The notes below the pieces were generated by a model. It did not search any database. It was not told where the DNA came from and saw only the letters and a program-made list of their open reading frames with translations. 64,000 bases of DNA, from positions 33,412 through 97,411 of the IMG/VR virus record IMGVR_UViG_3300036670_000258. One strand, given 5' to 3'. Position 1 is the first letter of the stretch, and each line of letters opens with the position of its first letter. A program made the translations under genes and the position numbers. Source of the stretch: a virus. Taxonomy: Duplodnaviria > Heunggongvirae > Uroviricota > Caudoviricetes. This document shows positions 31,437 to 42,172 of this stretch, in pieces.

Positions 31437-32648
31437 TTATAAATTCAAGAAAACTTTTCTAGTATCTACATCTATTCTAATAACCTGAACTGTCATTGGA
31501 TCATTTTTTCTAAGGGAATTAATATCGAATCCAATTGGCAATTCTGAAATGTGAAGTAATCCAACAATACCATCCCCTATATCGACAAACACTCCGTAAT
31601 CCTTAACTGATTTAATAGCACCTACTACTTCAACTGGAAATGTAGGATATTTTAACAAAATATCTTTCCAATTATCGACAGTTTCAACTACCTCTAATTG
31701 AGTTAATGTAATTTTAGAATCACTAATGATTTCCTTTACCATAAATTCAATAGTATCCCCTGGCATAATTTCTCTAGATTTGTGTTTCTTAGTCATTTCT
31801 ACATTTAGATCATTGATATGAATCATTCCCGTTAAACATTCATCAAATTCAACAAACACACCATATTTCGCTGAACCTGTAACTTTACCTGTTTTTGTTT
31901 CTCCAATACTTTCCTTAAGATCTTCTACTTTATTTGGAATAAGAGCTTGCAAGTATTTTCTATGAGATACTATAACCGTTCCTCTTTCAGGAGAAAAGCT
32001 CATAGGTACTACATACATTGTAGTGTTTAACACTGATTCAAAATCAGCTAGCTTATTAATTCCAGCTAAAGATCCTGGCATAAAGCACTCAATTCCTTGG
32101 ATGTTTACGAAGTATCCACCATTTGGAATCATTCCAGTAACAATTCCACTATATGCTGTATTTCCATCTTCTGCAGCTTGCAATATTTCCCTAAGAGTAG
32201 CTGCCTTAATTCCTGCTTCAACTGATCCTAATACAAAGCCTCTGGAATTTGAACCTCTATCTGCTGTTATTTCTATATCTACATTTGCGCCTATGATTAG
32301 TCCATCTTTAGAAAATTTAGATTCTCTTGACATATCAACATATATCATTTCTCTATAACCCACATCAATCGAAGCCCATTCATTGTCGATTGCATATACC
32401 TTTCCGGTATGCATTTCTCCGATAACAACATTAGAAATAGATGGTGAAAGCGATTCATGATTTCTCATTAAATCAAATAATTCTTGAGCATAAGTATCCC
32501 TTGAGTAAACCTTCTCTGTGGTATTATTTTTAATATGTGGATTTGGTTTTCTAAAGATAGTTGGGCAATCAACCGTGTGTTCTGACCAATTAAAGTCAAG
32601 TAATTGAATTGATAAATCTTGCGGAGTTGTAACGTCGTTTGACATCAT
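31437..32648 (-). CDS. rpsA: ribosomal protein S1 homolog, four S1 domains
   Basis: GGYFVNIQGIECFMPGSL, VIVSHRKYL, YGVFVEFDECLTGMIHINDL, DYGVFVDIGDGIVGLLHISEL are colinear with bS1 D2-D4; degenerate D1 upstream. Confidence 0.85.
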   Translation of the reverse strand: MMSNDVTTPQDLSIQLLDFNWSEHTVDCPTIFRKPNPHIKNNTTEKVYSRDTYAQELFDLMRNHESLSPSISNVVIGEMHTGKVYAIDNEWASIDVGYREMIYVDMSRESKFSKDGLIIGANVDIEITADRGSNSRGFVLGSVEAGIKAATLREILQAAEDGNTAYSGIVTGMIPNGGYFVNIQGIECFMPGSLAGINKLADFESVLNTTMYVVPMSFSPERGTVIVSHRKYLQALIPNKVEDLKESIGETKTGKVTGSAKYGVFVEFDECLTGMIHINDLNVEMTKKHKSREIMPGDTIEFMVKEIISDSKITLTQLEVVETVDNWKDILLKYPTFPVEVVGAIKSVKDYGVFVDIGDGIVGLLHISELPIGFDINSLRKNDPMTVQVIRIDVDTRKVFLNL

Positions 32649-32707
32649 GTTTTTTGTTTGTTAGTTAATAAATTATTAAGTTATATATTATATTTTCTAG
32701 GATACAC

Positions 32708-33271
32708 TTAAACAGGAAGAGCATCAAGTTTATTTTTAATAATGGCAAGCACACCTATCATTGCTAAAATAGAATCGGGTATTTCAAACTGAATTTTAAG
32801 AGATGAAGACAACATTCCGGAAAATATAACACTTATTGTATTTAATATTGATGATATTGTGTTAACTTTCTCTTTAGTTGATATGGCTATCTGTGGAACG
32901 TTAGGCACTGCTGCCGGTACTGCTATTACTGATGGTAATAATGCGGAAGATACTATTGAGCTTATACTAATTGGTAATTGTTTTATAGTATTAGTTGCCA
33001 TTTTAAAAGAAGATTTAATATTGTTTATTTCTGCATTTATCATAGTTTTTACATGCGGAGAATCATAATATTCCTCGAGTTGTTTTTTCATTTCTTTGGA
33101 TTCAGCATCGGCTTGCTCTTCACTATCACTTACTTCTTTAATTTTGCTTTCAACTGACTTTACTTGCTTATCGATGATATTTTTAACTACCTCATCGTAG
33201 CTTAAGCCGGGTATTCCTCCTTCTTTGTTTAAGTCGTCTAGTGACTTTGATATTTCTATAGATGATGCCAT
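32708..33271 (-). CDS. hypothetical helical protein downstream of gp5-like gene
   Basis: 187-aa ORF in the operon. Confidence 0.6.
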   Translation of the reverse strand: MASSIEISKSLDDLNKEGGIPGLSYDEVVKNIIDKQVKSVESKIKEVSDSEEQADAESKEMKKQLEEYYDSPHVKTMINAEINNIKSSFKMATNTIKQLPISISSIVSSALLPSVIAVPAAVPNVPQIAISTKEKVNTISSILNTISVIFSGMLSSSLKIQFEIPDSILAMIGVLAIIKNKLDALPV

Positions 33272-33273
33272 TT

Positions 33274-33993
33274 TTATTTGTTTTGTTGTTGATATTTAAT
33301 ATGTGTCTTCTTTAATTTCGAAATAATAACAGGCGTTGTTGCGGTAGGAGGACCTGATGGTCCCATGGGTGTTGGATGAAAATGATTTTTATAGTCATCT
33401 AATAACATATCTAGCCATTTTTGTAAAGAAACACCACGAACTGCCGGCTCTGTTGCATCTTCACCTGGCTCTCCAGTATTACTTAAAAATATATTTCCAG
33501 AATCTAAAAAAATTTGATTATCAGTTGATATTTTAATATTTCCATTTTCATCAATTTGTATAAGAGGTCTTTCTTTTGCCCCTCTTCCTCTTGTGATAAC
33601 AAGACCGTCCTCCGGGGAATGATATATTCTAATATTACGTACCTCATCATATACTAACGAAACTACATTATGTGCTTCAGCTGAGTTATCTAGGATGTCA
33701 TTCTTTAATGATTTACTTTGATTAATCTGAAACCAATACTCTGGATGATATATGTTACCATTATCAAATCTAACCGCCACGATTGTTCCTATATTCGGAA
33801 CACTATGGAAACCAACACTATCTCTATTCATAGGTGTTGCCCATGGAATTGAATCAATAGGAAGCTTATCAAACTTTCCATATACTTTAATTCTACATCG
33901 ACCTAGAGAAACAGGATCAATATTATCTACTACCTCACCTATCCAGTGAGTTTCTCTAATGTTATCTTTTTCTAATTCTTTATCAGTTGCCAT
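33274..33993 (-). CDS. baseplate central spike, gp5/gpV-like
   Basis: GEVVDNIDP..LGRCRIKVYG...IPWA...VPNIG..VAVRF OB-fold; C-terminal HFHPT metal-binding tip motif. Confidence 0.85.
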   Translation of the reverse strand: MATDKELEKDNIRETHWIGEVVDNIDPVSLGRCRIKVYGKFDKLPIDSIPWATPMNRDSVGFHSVPNIGTIVAVRFDNGNIYHPEYWFQINQSKSLKNDILDNSAEAHNVVSLVYDEVRNIRIYHSPEDGLVITRGRGAKERPLIQIDENGNIKISTDNQIFLDSGNIFLSNTGEPGEDATEPAVRGVSLQKWLDMLLDDYKNHFHPTPMGPSGPPTATTPVIISKLKKTHIKYQQQNK

Positions 33994-35183
33994 TAATCAT
34001 TTACATTTCCTAAGTTATTTATTGCGCCCTGTGTTAATCCTTGACCAATAGTTGCACCTGGCGGAATTCCATGTACGTTCTGCTGGATTGCTATCCCTAT
34101 ATTTCTAGTTTGTTGAGTAACATCAGTTGCCCTATCTACTCCTCTGACAAAATTTGAAAATATATTGTCAAATGATGGTATTCTATTTATTGTAAGGTCG
34201 CGTGCCTTCTGTGTTAGTTGATTCTTCTTTGCAATCGCAAGGTTATTAAGTGCTTCCTTTCCTTTTCTAGATACCTCATCAATTTTCCCATCAATTTTTT
34301 CTCTAGCCAATTCTGCCGCGTTTGTTGCTGTTGAGAATATTTCAGAATCAGGAGAAGGCGATAATTGAGGTTGAGTATATGGTAACGGAAGAATAATTCC
34401 ATTTAATACTCTCGCTTCTATTCTTTCTAACTTTTCATACTTGATTGCAATACTATTAGTGGCAACATCAGTTGGGCTTTTTGAAAGATCTGCAAAAATA
34501 TTAGTTCCCGATGTTAAATCAAATTCACAGTATCCTAATCCTATCATAAAATAAGGTCTTGCTCCCGTGCCCGCTATATTTGAATTGCTGTTTTCAACGC
34601 CTAATTTAGGTTTAAAATTTTCAGGAAATCCACTTATAGCATCTTTATTTAATTTAGTAGGAATTCCATTTACAACTATTTTTGTATTGATTTGTATACT
34701 TCTAACTTCAGTCACATATACATACATTCTAAATTGACGCAAATTAATAGGTAGTATATAATTCCATTTACGTTCATCAAATACGGCTCTTCTATATAAA
34801 TGCATTAAACCTGCAATTGGAAGATTTAAAGATTCTAATGTTTCGATTTCTATCTTAGCATCATCTCCTCCCATGTATGCATTCATTGGATTATATTGTT
34901 GTAACCTTTCTAAACCTTTCAATGATTGCCAGTACCATGGTAATTCATTGTTAATCGTTTGTAATGCAGACTTGAATGCCTTTAAATCAGCAAGTCTTTC
35001 GGCATAATATGGATCACTTGAAATATTTTCTAGAAAAGCCTCTGCCGGTCCTGCCAATAATGGAGAACTTTCAGGAGAGTAGAAATCAAAAAGAAGCGCA
35101 AACGAAAGATACGTAGGGTCTTGGTATGGAAATCTCTGATATGACCCTTTTCTAAAGTCATCGGGTGTTTTAAAATCTGACAT
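33993..35183 (-). CDS. tube-fold baseplate/tail protein
   Basis: IEIETLESL, MYVYVTEVR, FDLTS strands; baseplate-hub context. Confidence 0.45.
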   Translation of the reverse strand: MSDFKTPDDFRKGSYQRFPYQDPTYLSFALLFDFYSPESSPLLAGPAEAFLENISSDPYYAERLADLKAFKSALQTINNELPWYWQSLKGLERLQQYNPMNAYMGGDDAKIEIETLESLNLPIAGLMHLYRRAVFDERKWNYILPINLRQFRMYVYVTEVRSIQINTKIVVNGIPTKLNKDAISGFPENFKPKLGVENSNSNIAGTGARPYFMIGLGYCEFDLTSGTNIFADLSKSPTDVATNSIAIKYEKLERIEARVLNGIILPLPYTQPQLSPSPDSEIFSTATNAAELAREKIDGKIDEVSRKGKEALNNLAIAKKNQLTQKARDLTINRIPSFDNIFSNFVRGVDRATDVTQQTRNIGIAIQQNVHGIPPGATIGQGLTQGAINNLGNVND

Positions 35184-35196
35184 ATCTTATATATTT

Positions 35197-36699
35197 TTAT
35201 TTTTTAGCAGTAGTATTTTTATTTATATTATTAACTCTACTTGGCCATTCTCTTCTTAAAAGATTTATTTTTTGCTTCACTGCATTAAATCCGGCCTTAT
35301 AGTAATATGACATACCACCTACTATGTAATATCCACTTAAAAATTCATCAACAACATATTCACTTGGATCAACTCTATTTCTTTCATCAGGTACTATTAC
35401 ATCAAAACCATCCTTTTCTTTTTTCTCTTTTACGACCTTATCAGCTCCTACCTTTCCCTGTTCATTATTGTATATTATTACTGGCAACTTATGATATCGA
35501 TGTATCGCTGGATTAAACACGTTTAGTTCGATATCCAGCGACATCTTTTTAACTTCGTCCATATTGTATGCATTATTTACAGCAGAATATTCGTAATTTA
35601 AATGAGTATTAGATGTTTCATTACTTCCACCCTTTCTTCCAACATACTTATACTTTATTTCATTTTTGTATCTGTCTTCATCTCTTCTTCCCTTTAAAGG
35701 CTCTTCGATATCCGTCATTAATTTACCAACAGCAGCCTCAATTTCATGAGAAACCAATCCTTCTTCTGAGTCATTTTCAAAATATTGCAGAACTCTTTTA
35801 TATCCATTTTTTTTCATAGAAGCACCTGTCTTATTTTTAATAGACTGTTTTTCAATGTATAAATTAGTACCTATATTTCTTTTATGATTACTTAATAGTA
35901 ATAGTGTAGTAGCTTTGTTTATTGCAGCATCGACCTCATCCGAATCAGGTCGATCTGCCATTTCATTTTCCCATGCAAGAATCACTGATTCGAAGCGTTC
36001 TTCTGAATTCATTAATTTATTTACGTTAACATAATTAATGTAATAAAATGGATCGATACTGTATGTCTGGAAGCTATTTTCATCAATATACGAGTGTCTA
36101 ACTAAATCGTTTAATGTATCAATGACTGAATTAAAGGGCAACACTAGATTCATTGAATCGTCAGTGGCGTCAATGTTAGTAGCTACTCCTAACTTTAAAT
36201 CATTTGCAATTAATTCGATATGTTCTAATGAAGTTCCTATACCATATGACTTACAATCCTCTGAATACATTCCAGGGATTTTCATCCTACCCATAAATAT
36301 ATATTTTCCTCCAGTGAAACTATCACTCTTTTGAAAAGGAGTTTCAACATAAATAATATCAAAATCTATTCGTAAATCCTTATATGCTACCTTGTCCTGT
36401 GCTGCCATTCTTACATTTATAACATCACCATCTCTTGGAAACATATCAACATCAAATAATCCAAGACTGTCTATTATTGTAATATCGATAGTTGGAATTA
36501 CGCCATGGCAATCTATTATCATGTTAGATATATCACTATCTCTAAACACATATCCATTAATAGAAATCATAAGATCATATCCTAATGATGTATTTGCCCT
36601 CTTATTTCCTTCATTCTCACCTAATGATGCAAATTTAACCTCATCTAGTTTTATAGTAGGTTCCGTTATTGTAAGAATATGATTGTTAATTGATGCCAT
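35197..36699 (-). CDS. baseplate hub protein (gp27/gpD-like)
   Basis: PTIDITIIDS, PRDGDVINV, FLSGYYIVGG..Y pattern; next to gp5- and gp53-like genes. Confidence 0.55.
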   Translation of the reverse strand: MASINNHILTITEPTIKLDEVKFASLGENEGNKRANTSLGYDLMISINGYVFRDSDISNMIIDCHGVIPTIDITIIDSLGLFDVDMFPRDGDVINVRMAAQDKVAYKDLRIDFDIIYVETPFQKSDSFTGGKYIFMGRMKIPGMYSEDCKSYGIGTSLEHIELIANDLKLGVATNIDATDDSMNLVLPFNSVIDTLNDLVRHSYIDENSFQTYSIDPFYYINYVNVNKLMNSEERFESVILAWENEMADRPDSDEVDAAINKATTLLLLSNHKRNIGTNLYIEKQSIKNKTGASMKKNGYKRVLQYFENDSEEGLVSHEIEAAVGKLMTDIEEPLKGRRDEDRYKNEIKYKYVGRKGGSNETSNTHLNYEYSAVNNAYNMDEVKKMSLDIELNVFNPAIHRYHKLPVIIYNNEQGKVGADKVVKEKKEKDGFDVIVPDERNRVDPSEYVVDEFLSGYYIVGGMSYYYKAGFNAVKQKINLLRREWPSRVNNINKNTTAKK

Positions 36700-37200
36700 T
36701 TATATAGTAATTATACCGTTTGATATTATAATATTAGTATCTCCTTCTTTTAAAAGATTTGGAGGTAATATTTGTCTTGATCCATTATATTTCAGAGATG
36801 CCTTTCTTTGTAAATATGCAATACGTGATGCGTCAATCGCCGGGATTCTTTTAGTATCAATAAATTGATCTCTAATAGAAATAGAATTTGTAGTTCTATT
36901 AATCATAATTATTGGGATAATTGAAGCAAGGGCAGCAACCTTGTCCGGGATTTCTAATTCATCACCTTCGGCTAATATAAATGGGTTTGAAATATTATTC
37001 CATTTTAAAATGTAATCACAATAGTTTGAATTGCCATAATACATTAAAGAAATTAGGTCTATTCTACCTACTTGATCTTGCGTTACCATATGAACAGCAG
37101 TAATTTCAGTAGTAGACGCAAAGATAACAGTAGGTATTGTTATATTTATTTTAGTCTTATCATTTGATAGTACCTTTCGGTCTAGTGTTTCAAAATTCAT
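36700..37200 (-). CDS. baseplate gp53-like (LysM-related) protein
   Basis: RIDLISLMYYGNSNYCDYILKWNNISNPF...GDELEIP. Confidence 0.8.
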   Translation of the reverse strand: MNFETLDRKVLSNDKTKINITIPTVIFASTTEITAVHMVTQDQVGRIDLISLMYYGNSNYCDYILKWNNISNPFILAEGDELEIPDKVAALASIIPIIMINRTTNSISIRDQFIDTKRIPAIDASRIAYLQRKASLKYNGSRQILPPNLLKEGDTNIIISNGIITI

Positions 37201-39065
37201 TATCCGTTGCTTATTTTTCTAAAAGTATTTATAAAATCATTAGTTTTAGGCCTTTCTCCTCTAAGATCTTTATTACCATATGCTGAAACATCAATTGTTT
37301 GGTTAATGTCGGCTGTATCATGTGGTTGTACGTAAAATCTACCTCTTCCTGAGTTAAACATTGATTCTATTTCAGCTTTATCACGGGGTCTACCTGGTTT
37401 TAATTTAATAACAACTACCATTTTTTCCGGAAAGTCCTGAAGAGTGTTAACACCTTCAAAATTAATTTCACAATCAGTCATACATAGATTACCAATAACC
37501 ATTATTGGATTTAAAGGATTTCCAACAGTAAGATGCCATTGCCCAGTAGGATCTCCAGTTAGTAACGAGTTAACCGCCTGTGCTCCTTGGGGTGTGTTAA
37601 ACATCTCCATCGCACTTCCACCTATTAGATTATTAAGAAGCTTATTGCCCTTAAGTGCAGCTAAACCACCTTCAATATCCCCTGATAATAACATTTTAGC
37701 GGAATTACCTACGCCTGAAGTTGAACCTTTAAACATGCTTCCGATGTCTTTTATTATACTTCCCATAAATGCAGCATAATCTCCTCCTCTTAATAGATTT
37801 AAGTTACCCAGTGGTTTTGTTATTGCTCCATCTGAAATATATCGGACAGAACCACCCCAAAATGGAGCGTTGTTATATGTTAACGCTAATATATTTGATA
37901 ACTGATCTAACATCATTATTTTCGGATTAGCTCCTTCAAAACTTCTTAATTCATATTCAAATTTAAGTGAGAATTCTTGTTCAAATTTAAGCCCAGGCTG
38001 TCTAACCAAAACATCTTTAATAACATTAAGTGGGCCGAATACATGATTCGGATATGTTTCTTTAAATGAATCATAACCTGCATTTTGTTTTCTAGAATTA
38101 GATGCAAGTGCATCTCTGCCTGCGGCAGTATTCGCTAATGCAGACAAAACCGTACTGTTTTCTACAAAACTTCCAAACTTACCAGTTGACTCTTTAGTTT
38201 TTGCTGTAATTTCCTGTACGCCTGCTGAAGCTGTTTCAAAGCTAAAACCATGCGAAAATTTTAGTATTTCAGCAAGAGTATTTCCCGTTGATTCTCCGAG
38301 CCATGTCACTGCTCTAGCAATGTCAGGCTGTTGGATTTTTACCATTCCAGTTCCATCGGCAGCAAGTCCAGCTGGTGTTATAATATCGTCTTTAGTTGGA
38401 TATGCAAATCTACGTAAAGTGATTAGCATATTATTAGGAATTCTTCCAAAATATTTCGCCAATGCAAAATCTGAATATTGATATATGTATGCAGAATTAC
38501 CAGGAAGAGAACTTGTAATTTCAATAATTTTAGTCACTGTAGGATTAATTAAAGAAGTTTGATCTATTTTTTGATATATGTTGCCTTTGTCTCCTTTGTC
38601 TCCTTTGTCTCCTATCCCAAATCCATTTTCAGATATATCGAGTGGATTGCCTCGATAGTTTATTAAAGAATATTTGTTAAATGCAGAATAAGGCTTTTTG
38701 CCGACTGTTATTGTTTTTTTAGTATCGCCAGCTCCGGTCGAAACGTATTTTTCTGATTCAAATTCAGTGTTATAATATCGTGAAGTACCTTTACCGTCTA
38801 CTACTGTAAAAGGTTCATCGGTTTTAGATGCGGCAGCTAATGTTCCATCAGGTGGCTTTTGTGATTTTATAATTCTTCCTGTTCTTACTATTGTAAGAAC
38901 CCCATCAGAAACTTCACCATTAATTGTATTAAGATTTACTCCAAATATATTGTTAATTGCACTAATTGTACCCTTAGCTAGTGAACCTTTCTTTGCTATA
39001 TTAAAGTTAGCAGAAATAGTTGACTTAAGTCGTGCGGTATAATCTTTAGGTATGCTATCTTCCAT
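37200..39065 (-). CDS. baseplate/tube-initiator (gp48/gp54-like) protein
   Basis: ITLRRFAYP, FSLKFEYELRS, WHLTVGNPLNPIMVIGNL...CEINF tube-fold segment; context. Confidence 0.5.
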   Translation of the reverse strand: MEDSIPKDYTARLKSTISANFNIAKKGSLAKGTISAINNIFGVNLNTINGEVSDGVLTIVRTGRIIKSQKPPDGTLAAASKTDEPFTVVDGKGTSRYYNTEFESEKYVSTGAGDTKKTITVGKKPYSAFNKYSLINYRGNPLDISENGFGIGDKGDKGDKGNIYQKIDQTSLINPTVTKIIEITSSLPGNSAYIYQYSDFALAKYFGRIPNNMLITLRRFAYPTKDDIITPAGLAADGTGMVKIQQPDIARAVTWLGESTGNTLAEILKFSHGFSFETASAGVQEITAKTKESTGKFGSFVENSTVLSALANTAAGRDALASNSRKQNAGYDSFKETYPNHVFGPLNVIKDVLVRQPGLKFEQEFSLKFEYELRSFEGANPKIMMLDQLSNILALTYNNAPFWGGSVRYISDGAITKPLGNLNLLRGGDYAAFMGSIIKDIGSMFKGSTSGVGNSAKMLLSGDIEGGLAALKGNKLLNNLIGGSAMEMFNTPQGAQAVNSLLTGDPTGQWHLTVGNPLNPIMVIGNLCMTDCEINFEGVNTLQDFPEKMVVVIKLKPGRPRDKAEIESMFNSGRGRFYVQPHDTADINQTIDVSAYGNKDLRGERPKTNDFINTFRKISNG

Positions 39066-39115
39066 TAATAATTAGATATTTTTATTTTAATATTATATAT
39101 ATCTAATTATATTGA

Positions 39116-39703
39116 CTACTCTAAATTATCATAGTCTACTGACTTGGGTCTAAATAATAATTTATCAAAATAATCATGAGAAGTGCCAGCTCTACTGTCA
39201 AGCATTTTTTTCAAATGAGCTTCGAATACTCCTCTGCTTTCATAATAATATTTACCCTTTGAATATGTTGACCTAAGTGTGAGTTCGTATAGGTCCCTTA
39301 TCGTCTTTTCAATAATAAAGTCTTGTATATTATTGTATAACAATATAACTTCAGCATGGGTTTTAACACACATAACCGAGTCAACTATTATTAGGTATGA
39401 TTCCCATTTTGAATCTATATAATTTTGAAAATCCTTTAGGTTTGAAAATCGTTGGCGAGCTACTCTAAATGAAGTTGAACCTCCACTAAATGCTTTATCA
39501 AATTTCATATCAAACATATACTTTTTAAGAAAGTCTAAGTCATCGTAGAATTTAAGTATTCTAATTTGATATCTTGGCATTTTTTCATCAAATTCAACGT
39601 CATGAATGATTGCCTTAATCGGAAACACTATATTACTGTATCTATTATTTGATATAAGTACATTTATAAGTTCTCCTTTTGAAAAAAGTTTATGTCTAAC
39701 CAT
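39116..39703 (-). CDS. hypothetical protein
   Basis: 195-aa ORF in the coding strand. Confidence 0.7.
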   Translation of the reverse strand: MVRHKLFSKGELINVLISNNRYSNIVFPIKAIIHDVEFDEKMPRYQIRILKFYDDLDFLKKYMFDMKFDKAFSGGSTSFRVARQRFSNLKDFQNYIDSKWESYLIIVDSVMCVKTHAEVILLYNNIQDFIIEKTIRDLYELTLRSTYSKGKYYYESRGVFEAHLKKMLDSRAGTSHDYFDKLLFRPKSVDYDNLE

Positions 39704-40098
39704 TACTTTGTTTTATTTATATAATCAAATAAATCTACAACTCTTTTTTCGATAAAAATATTACTGTTTATTATGGTTAAAGAAAACTCAAAATTGTCAG
39801 TGTTAGCATAAATTAAATTTTTAAAATTGCTCACTACCTCATAATCTATATTTCTAAATAAATAGATTACTCGATTATTTGTATTGTCGTTGCACAAAAT
39901 TCGAGTAATCTCATTAACAATTGCTAATCCAATTATCGAGTCACATGGTTCTTCTGCCTTAGGATCAGATTTAATTAATTTATTTTTTATTAAAAAATAG
40001 TCTATAATTTTTACATTACCTTTTTCGATATTTCTAATGAATCTATTAAAATCTCTACGAGAAGGACTCCATATGCATTCGATCGATGTTTTATTCAT
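39703..40098 (-). CDS. hypothetical protein
   Basis: 131-aa ORF, coupled to neighbours. Confidence 0.65.
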   Translation of the reverse strand: MNKTSIECIWSPSRRDFNRFIRNIEKGNVKIIDYFLIKNKLIKSDPKAEEPCDSIIGLAIVNEITRILCNDNTNNRVIYLFRNIDYEVVSNFKNLIYANTDNFEFSLTIINSNIFIEKRVVDLFDYINKTK

Positions 40099-40407
40099 TT
40101 ATTTAGTTCCTACTAAGGTATTTAGTGCATCTTGTAGGTTTTTTATTTTTTCTTTTTTGGCAGAATCCGAAGGAATATAATCAACTCCCCATTCCTCTAT
40201 TATTTTAATTTGTTGTTTGTTTCTAGAATTACCGAAAGACAATCCGATGTCCAAGCATAACTCATTTATAAATTTTATTTTAGTAGCTTGATTTTCAAAT
40301 TCATATACCGTAGTTGATTCAAATGATTCTCCACCTGAATTAATATTATCATCAAAAACTGTTTTGATAACTCCATTATCGGCTAGTGTTATTTTAACTG
40401 TTTGCAT
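40099..40407 (-). CDS. hypothetical protein
   Basis: 102-aa ORF abutting neighbours. Confidence 0.65.
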   Translation of the reverse strand: MQTVKITLADNGVIKTVFDDNINSGGESFESTTVYEFENQATKIKFINELCLDIGLSFGNSRNKQQIKIIEEWGVDYIPSDSAKKEKIKNLQDALNTLVGTK

Positions 40408-40786
40408 TTGTTCTGTTTTTTAAAGAATTAGAAGCTTCTTTCATTAATAATTTAGCTCTTTTATTATCTTCCTTTCTGTTTTCTTTGTTCTTAATATTGT
40501 TTATGAAAAAAGCCTCTTCTAGCATTTTAATCTCTGCTTCGTTATATCCTGATTTTATCCATGTTTCCTTTACAAGGTTTACTCTACATTGTAATTCGTC
40601 TTCAATTTCATCTTTAATCCGGTTAGTATTATTCTCATGTACTAGCTTGCCCTGTTCTCTCATTTGATTTGACCATGCAATACCCTTAGGCGACAGTCTA
40701 CCAAACATATTCTTTATCTTTAAGTAGTTTGCATCTTGAAACTGCTTTCTTTTTTCTTTACGTGGGCCAGTTGCTCCTTTACTCAT
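40394..40786 (-). CDS. hypothetical charged helical protein
   Basis: 130-aa ORF with short overlaps at both ends. Confidence 0.65.
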   Translation of the reverse strand: MSKGATGPRKEKRKQFQDANYLKIKNMFGRLSPKGIAWSNQMREQGKLVHENNTNRIKDEIEDELQCRVNLVKETWIKSGYNEAEIKMLEEAFFINNIKNKENRKEDNKRAKLLMKEASNSLKNRTNANS

Positions 40787-41318
40787 TATAATAATTAGTT
40801 ATAAATGTTGATACTTCTTTAGTTAAATATTCTTGTAGTTTATTTATCTCTATCTGTGAGATTGCAACCTTGATAACGGTTTTAATTAATTCATCTCGAT
40901 CTTCATCTGCACTTTCAATTAACATATCAAATACTGATCGGTTTAATATATTAAGATTAATAGTTGCTTGTAACGGTTCTATATTTTTTTTAGAAAGACG
41001 TGCAACTAATTCTTCTATTGGACTATTTACTTCCTTTTTAGGAGATGCTACATTTTTAACATCTTCCTGTTGTTTCGAATTAGAAACAACAGGAACGCCT
41101 ATTGCTAATTGTGATATATCATCGCTCATTGGAAACGGAATTTCATTTCCAATTATTTCTTCTAAAAATTCTTCGATTACATTATTATACATTTTAGTAC
41201 CGTCTGTAAAATATGTAAAATCCAAGTCAGTATAATCTACTGTTATAATATTTCCAAAAGAATCTCCTTTTTTCCATTGATATCTTTTAACTTCCACTTT
41301 CTCTTTTATTATTTCCAT
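40779..41318 (-). CDS. hypothetical protein
   Basis: ORF-track start 41429 overlaps the upstream gene; ATG at 41318 (MEIIKEK) preferred. Confidence 0.65.
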   Translation of the reverse strand: MEIIKEKVEVKRYQWKKGDSFGNIITVDYTDLDFTYFTDGTKMYNNVIEEFLEEIIGNEIPFPMSDDISQLAIGVPVVSNSKQQEDVKNVASPKKEVNSPIEELVARLSKKNIEPLQATINLNILNRSVFDMLIESADEDRDELIKTVIKVAISQIEINKLQEYLTKEVSTFITNYYNE

Positions 41319-41370
41319 TACTTTTAATTTTTTCTGATGATTCAGGTGAACTTTATTGAAAAAAAAATGA

Positions 41371-41577
41371 TTAATCCAATTTATAAAAAACTTCATTTGA
41401 CATAGTTTTTTTATGATACTTCTTTTCAAATTTTTCTATAAAATCTACGTCATCATCTTCTCCGATTAATACATCTATTTTGTTTACATACTTTTTAAAA
41501 AAAATAATACTTCCATTTATTTCTAGAAATGAAGAAAGTAATTTAATGTCAGGTGCTATTAATTTGTTAATACTCAT
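41371..41577 (-). CDS. hypothetical protein
   Basis: 68-aa ORF overlapping the deaminase stop by 11 nt. Confidence 0.55.
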   Translation of the reverse strand: MSINKLIAPDIKLLSSFLEINGSIIFFKKYVNKIDVLIGEDDDVDFIEKFEKKYHKKTMSNEVFYKLD

Positions 41578-42028
41578 CTGTCACTGATATCTTTTCAACA
41601 GGTATGCCTGCTGCTTTAAGTAATTCAACCCCACTCATATCCCTGTAATCTTCAGTATAATATACACTCACAATTCCAGCCTGAATAATCAATTTGGCGC
41701 AATCAAAACATGGACATGTCGTTGTGTATAGTTGTGCCATATCACAACTCATTGTTGATTTAGCAACCTTCGTGATTGCGTTTGATTCAGCATGCAAAAC
41801 TTCTCTCTTAGTAATGGTTGTCATTTCAGGATGTTCAATTGTACAATTACCATGTGTATTATCTTCACATATATTATTAAATCCATATGGCATGCCATTA
41901 TATCCGAATGATATAACTTGATTTTCCTTCACTATAATGCAACCTACCTTTCTTCTCATAGCATAGCTGAGTTGCGCAAATTGATATGCAACTTGCATAT
42001 ATACTGTTTCGATTTCAATTCTAGGCAT
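41567..42028 (-). CDS. dCMP deaminase
   Basis: RRKVGCIIV, GYNG, HAESNAI and PCFDCAK zinc-binding motifs. Confidence 0.93.
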   Translation of the reverse strand: MPRIEIETVYMQVAYQFAQLSYAMRRKVGCIIVKENQVISFGYNGMPYGFNNICEDNTHGNCTIEHPEMTTITKREVLHAESNAITKVAKSTMSCDMAQLYTTTCPCFDCAKLIIQAGIVSVYYTEDYRDMSGVELLKAAGIPVEKISVTDEY

Positions 42029-42052
42029 ATTTTTACTGTTATTAATGTAATA

Positions 42053-42090
42053 AAAAAGTCTATATGTTGTTAATTATATATAGACTTTTT
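42053..42090 (-). terminator. 13-bp-arm inverted repeat, probable terminator
   Basis: AAAAAGTCTATAT (42053-42065) / ATATAGACTTTTT (42078-42090). Confidence 0.65.
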
Positions 42091-42172
42091 ATTTAGTAGA
42101 TTTTTAAATTATTATGATTGCTCTTCTATGAATTCAGCAATATCCTTTGCCTTTAGCATCTCAACTGACGGA

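Noticed and set aside
38581-38615. 9-bp microrepeat encoding GDKGDKGDKG
   Set aside because: Three copies in a low-complexity loop; too short to infer function.
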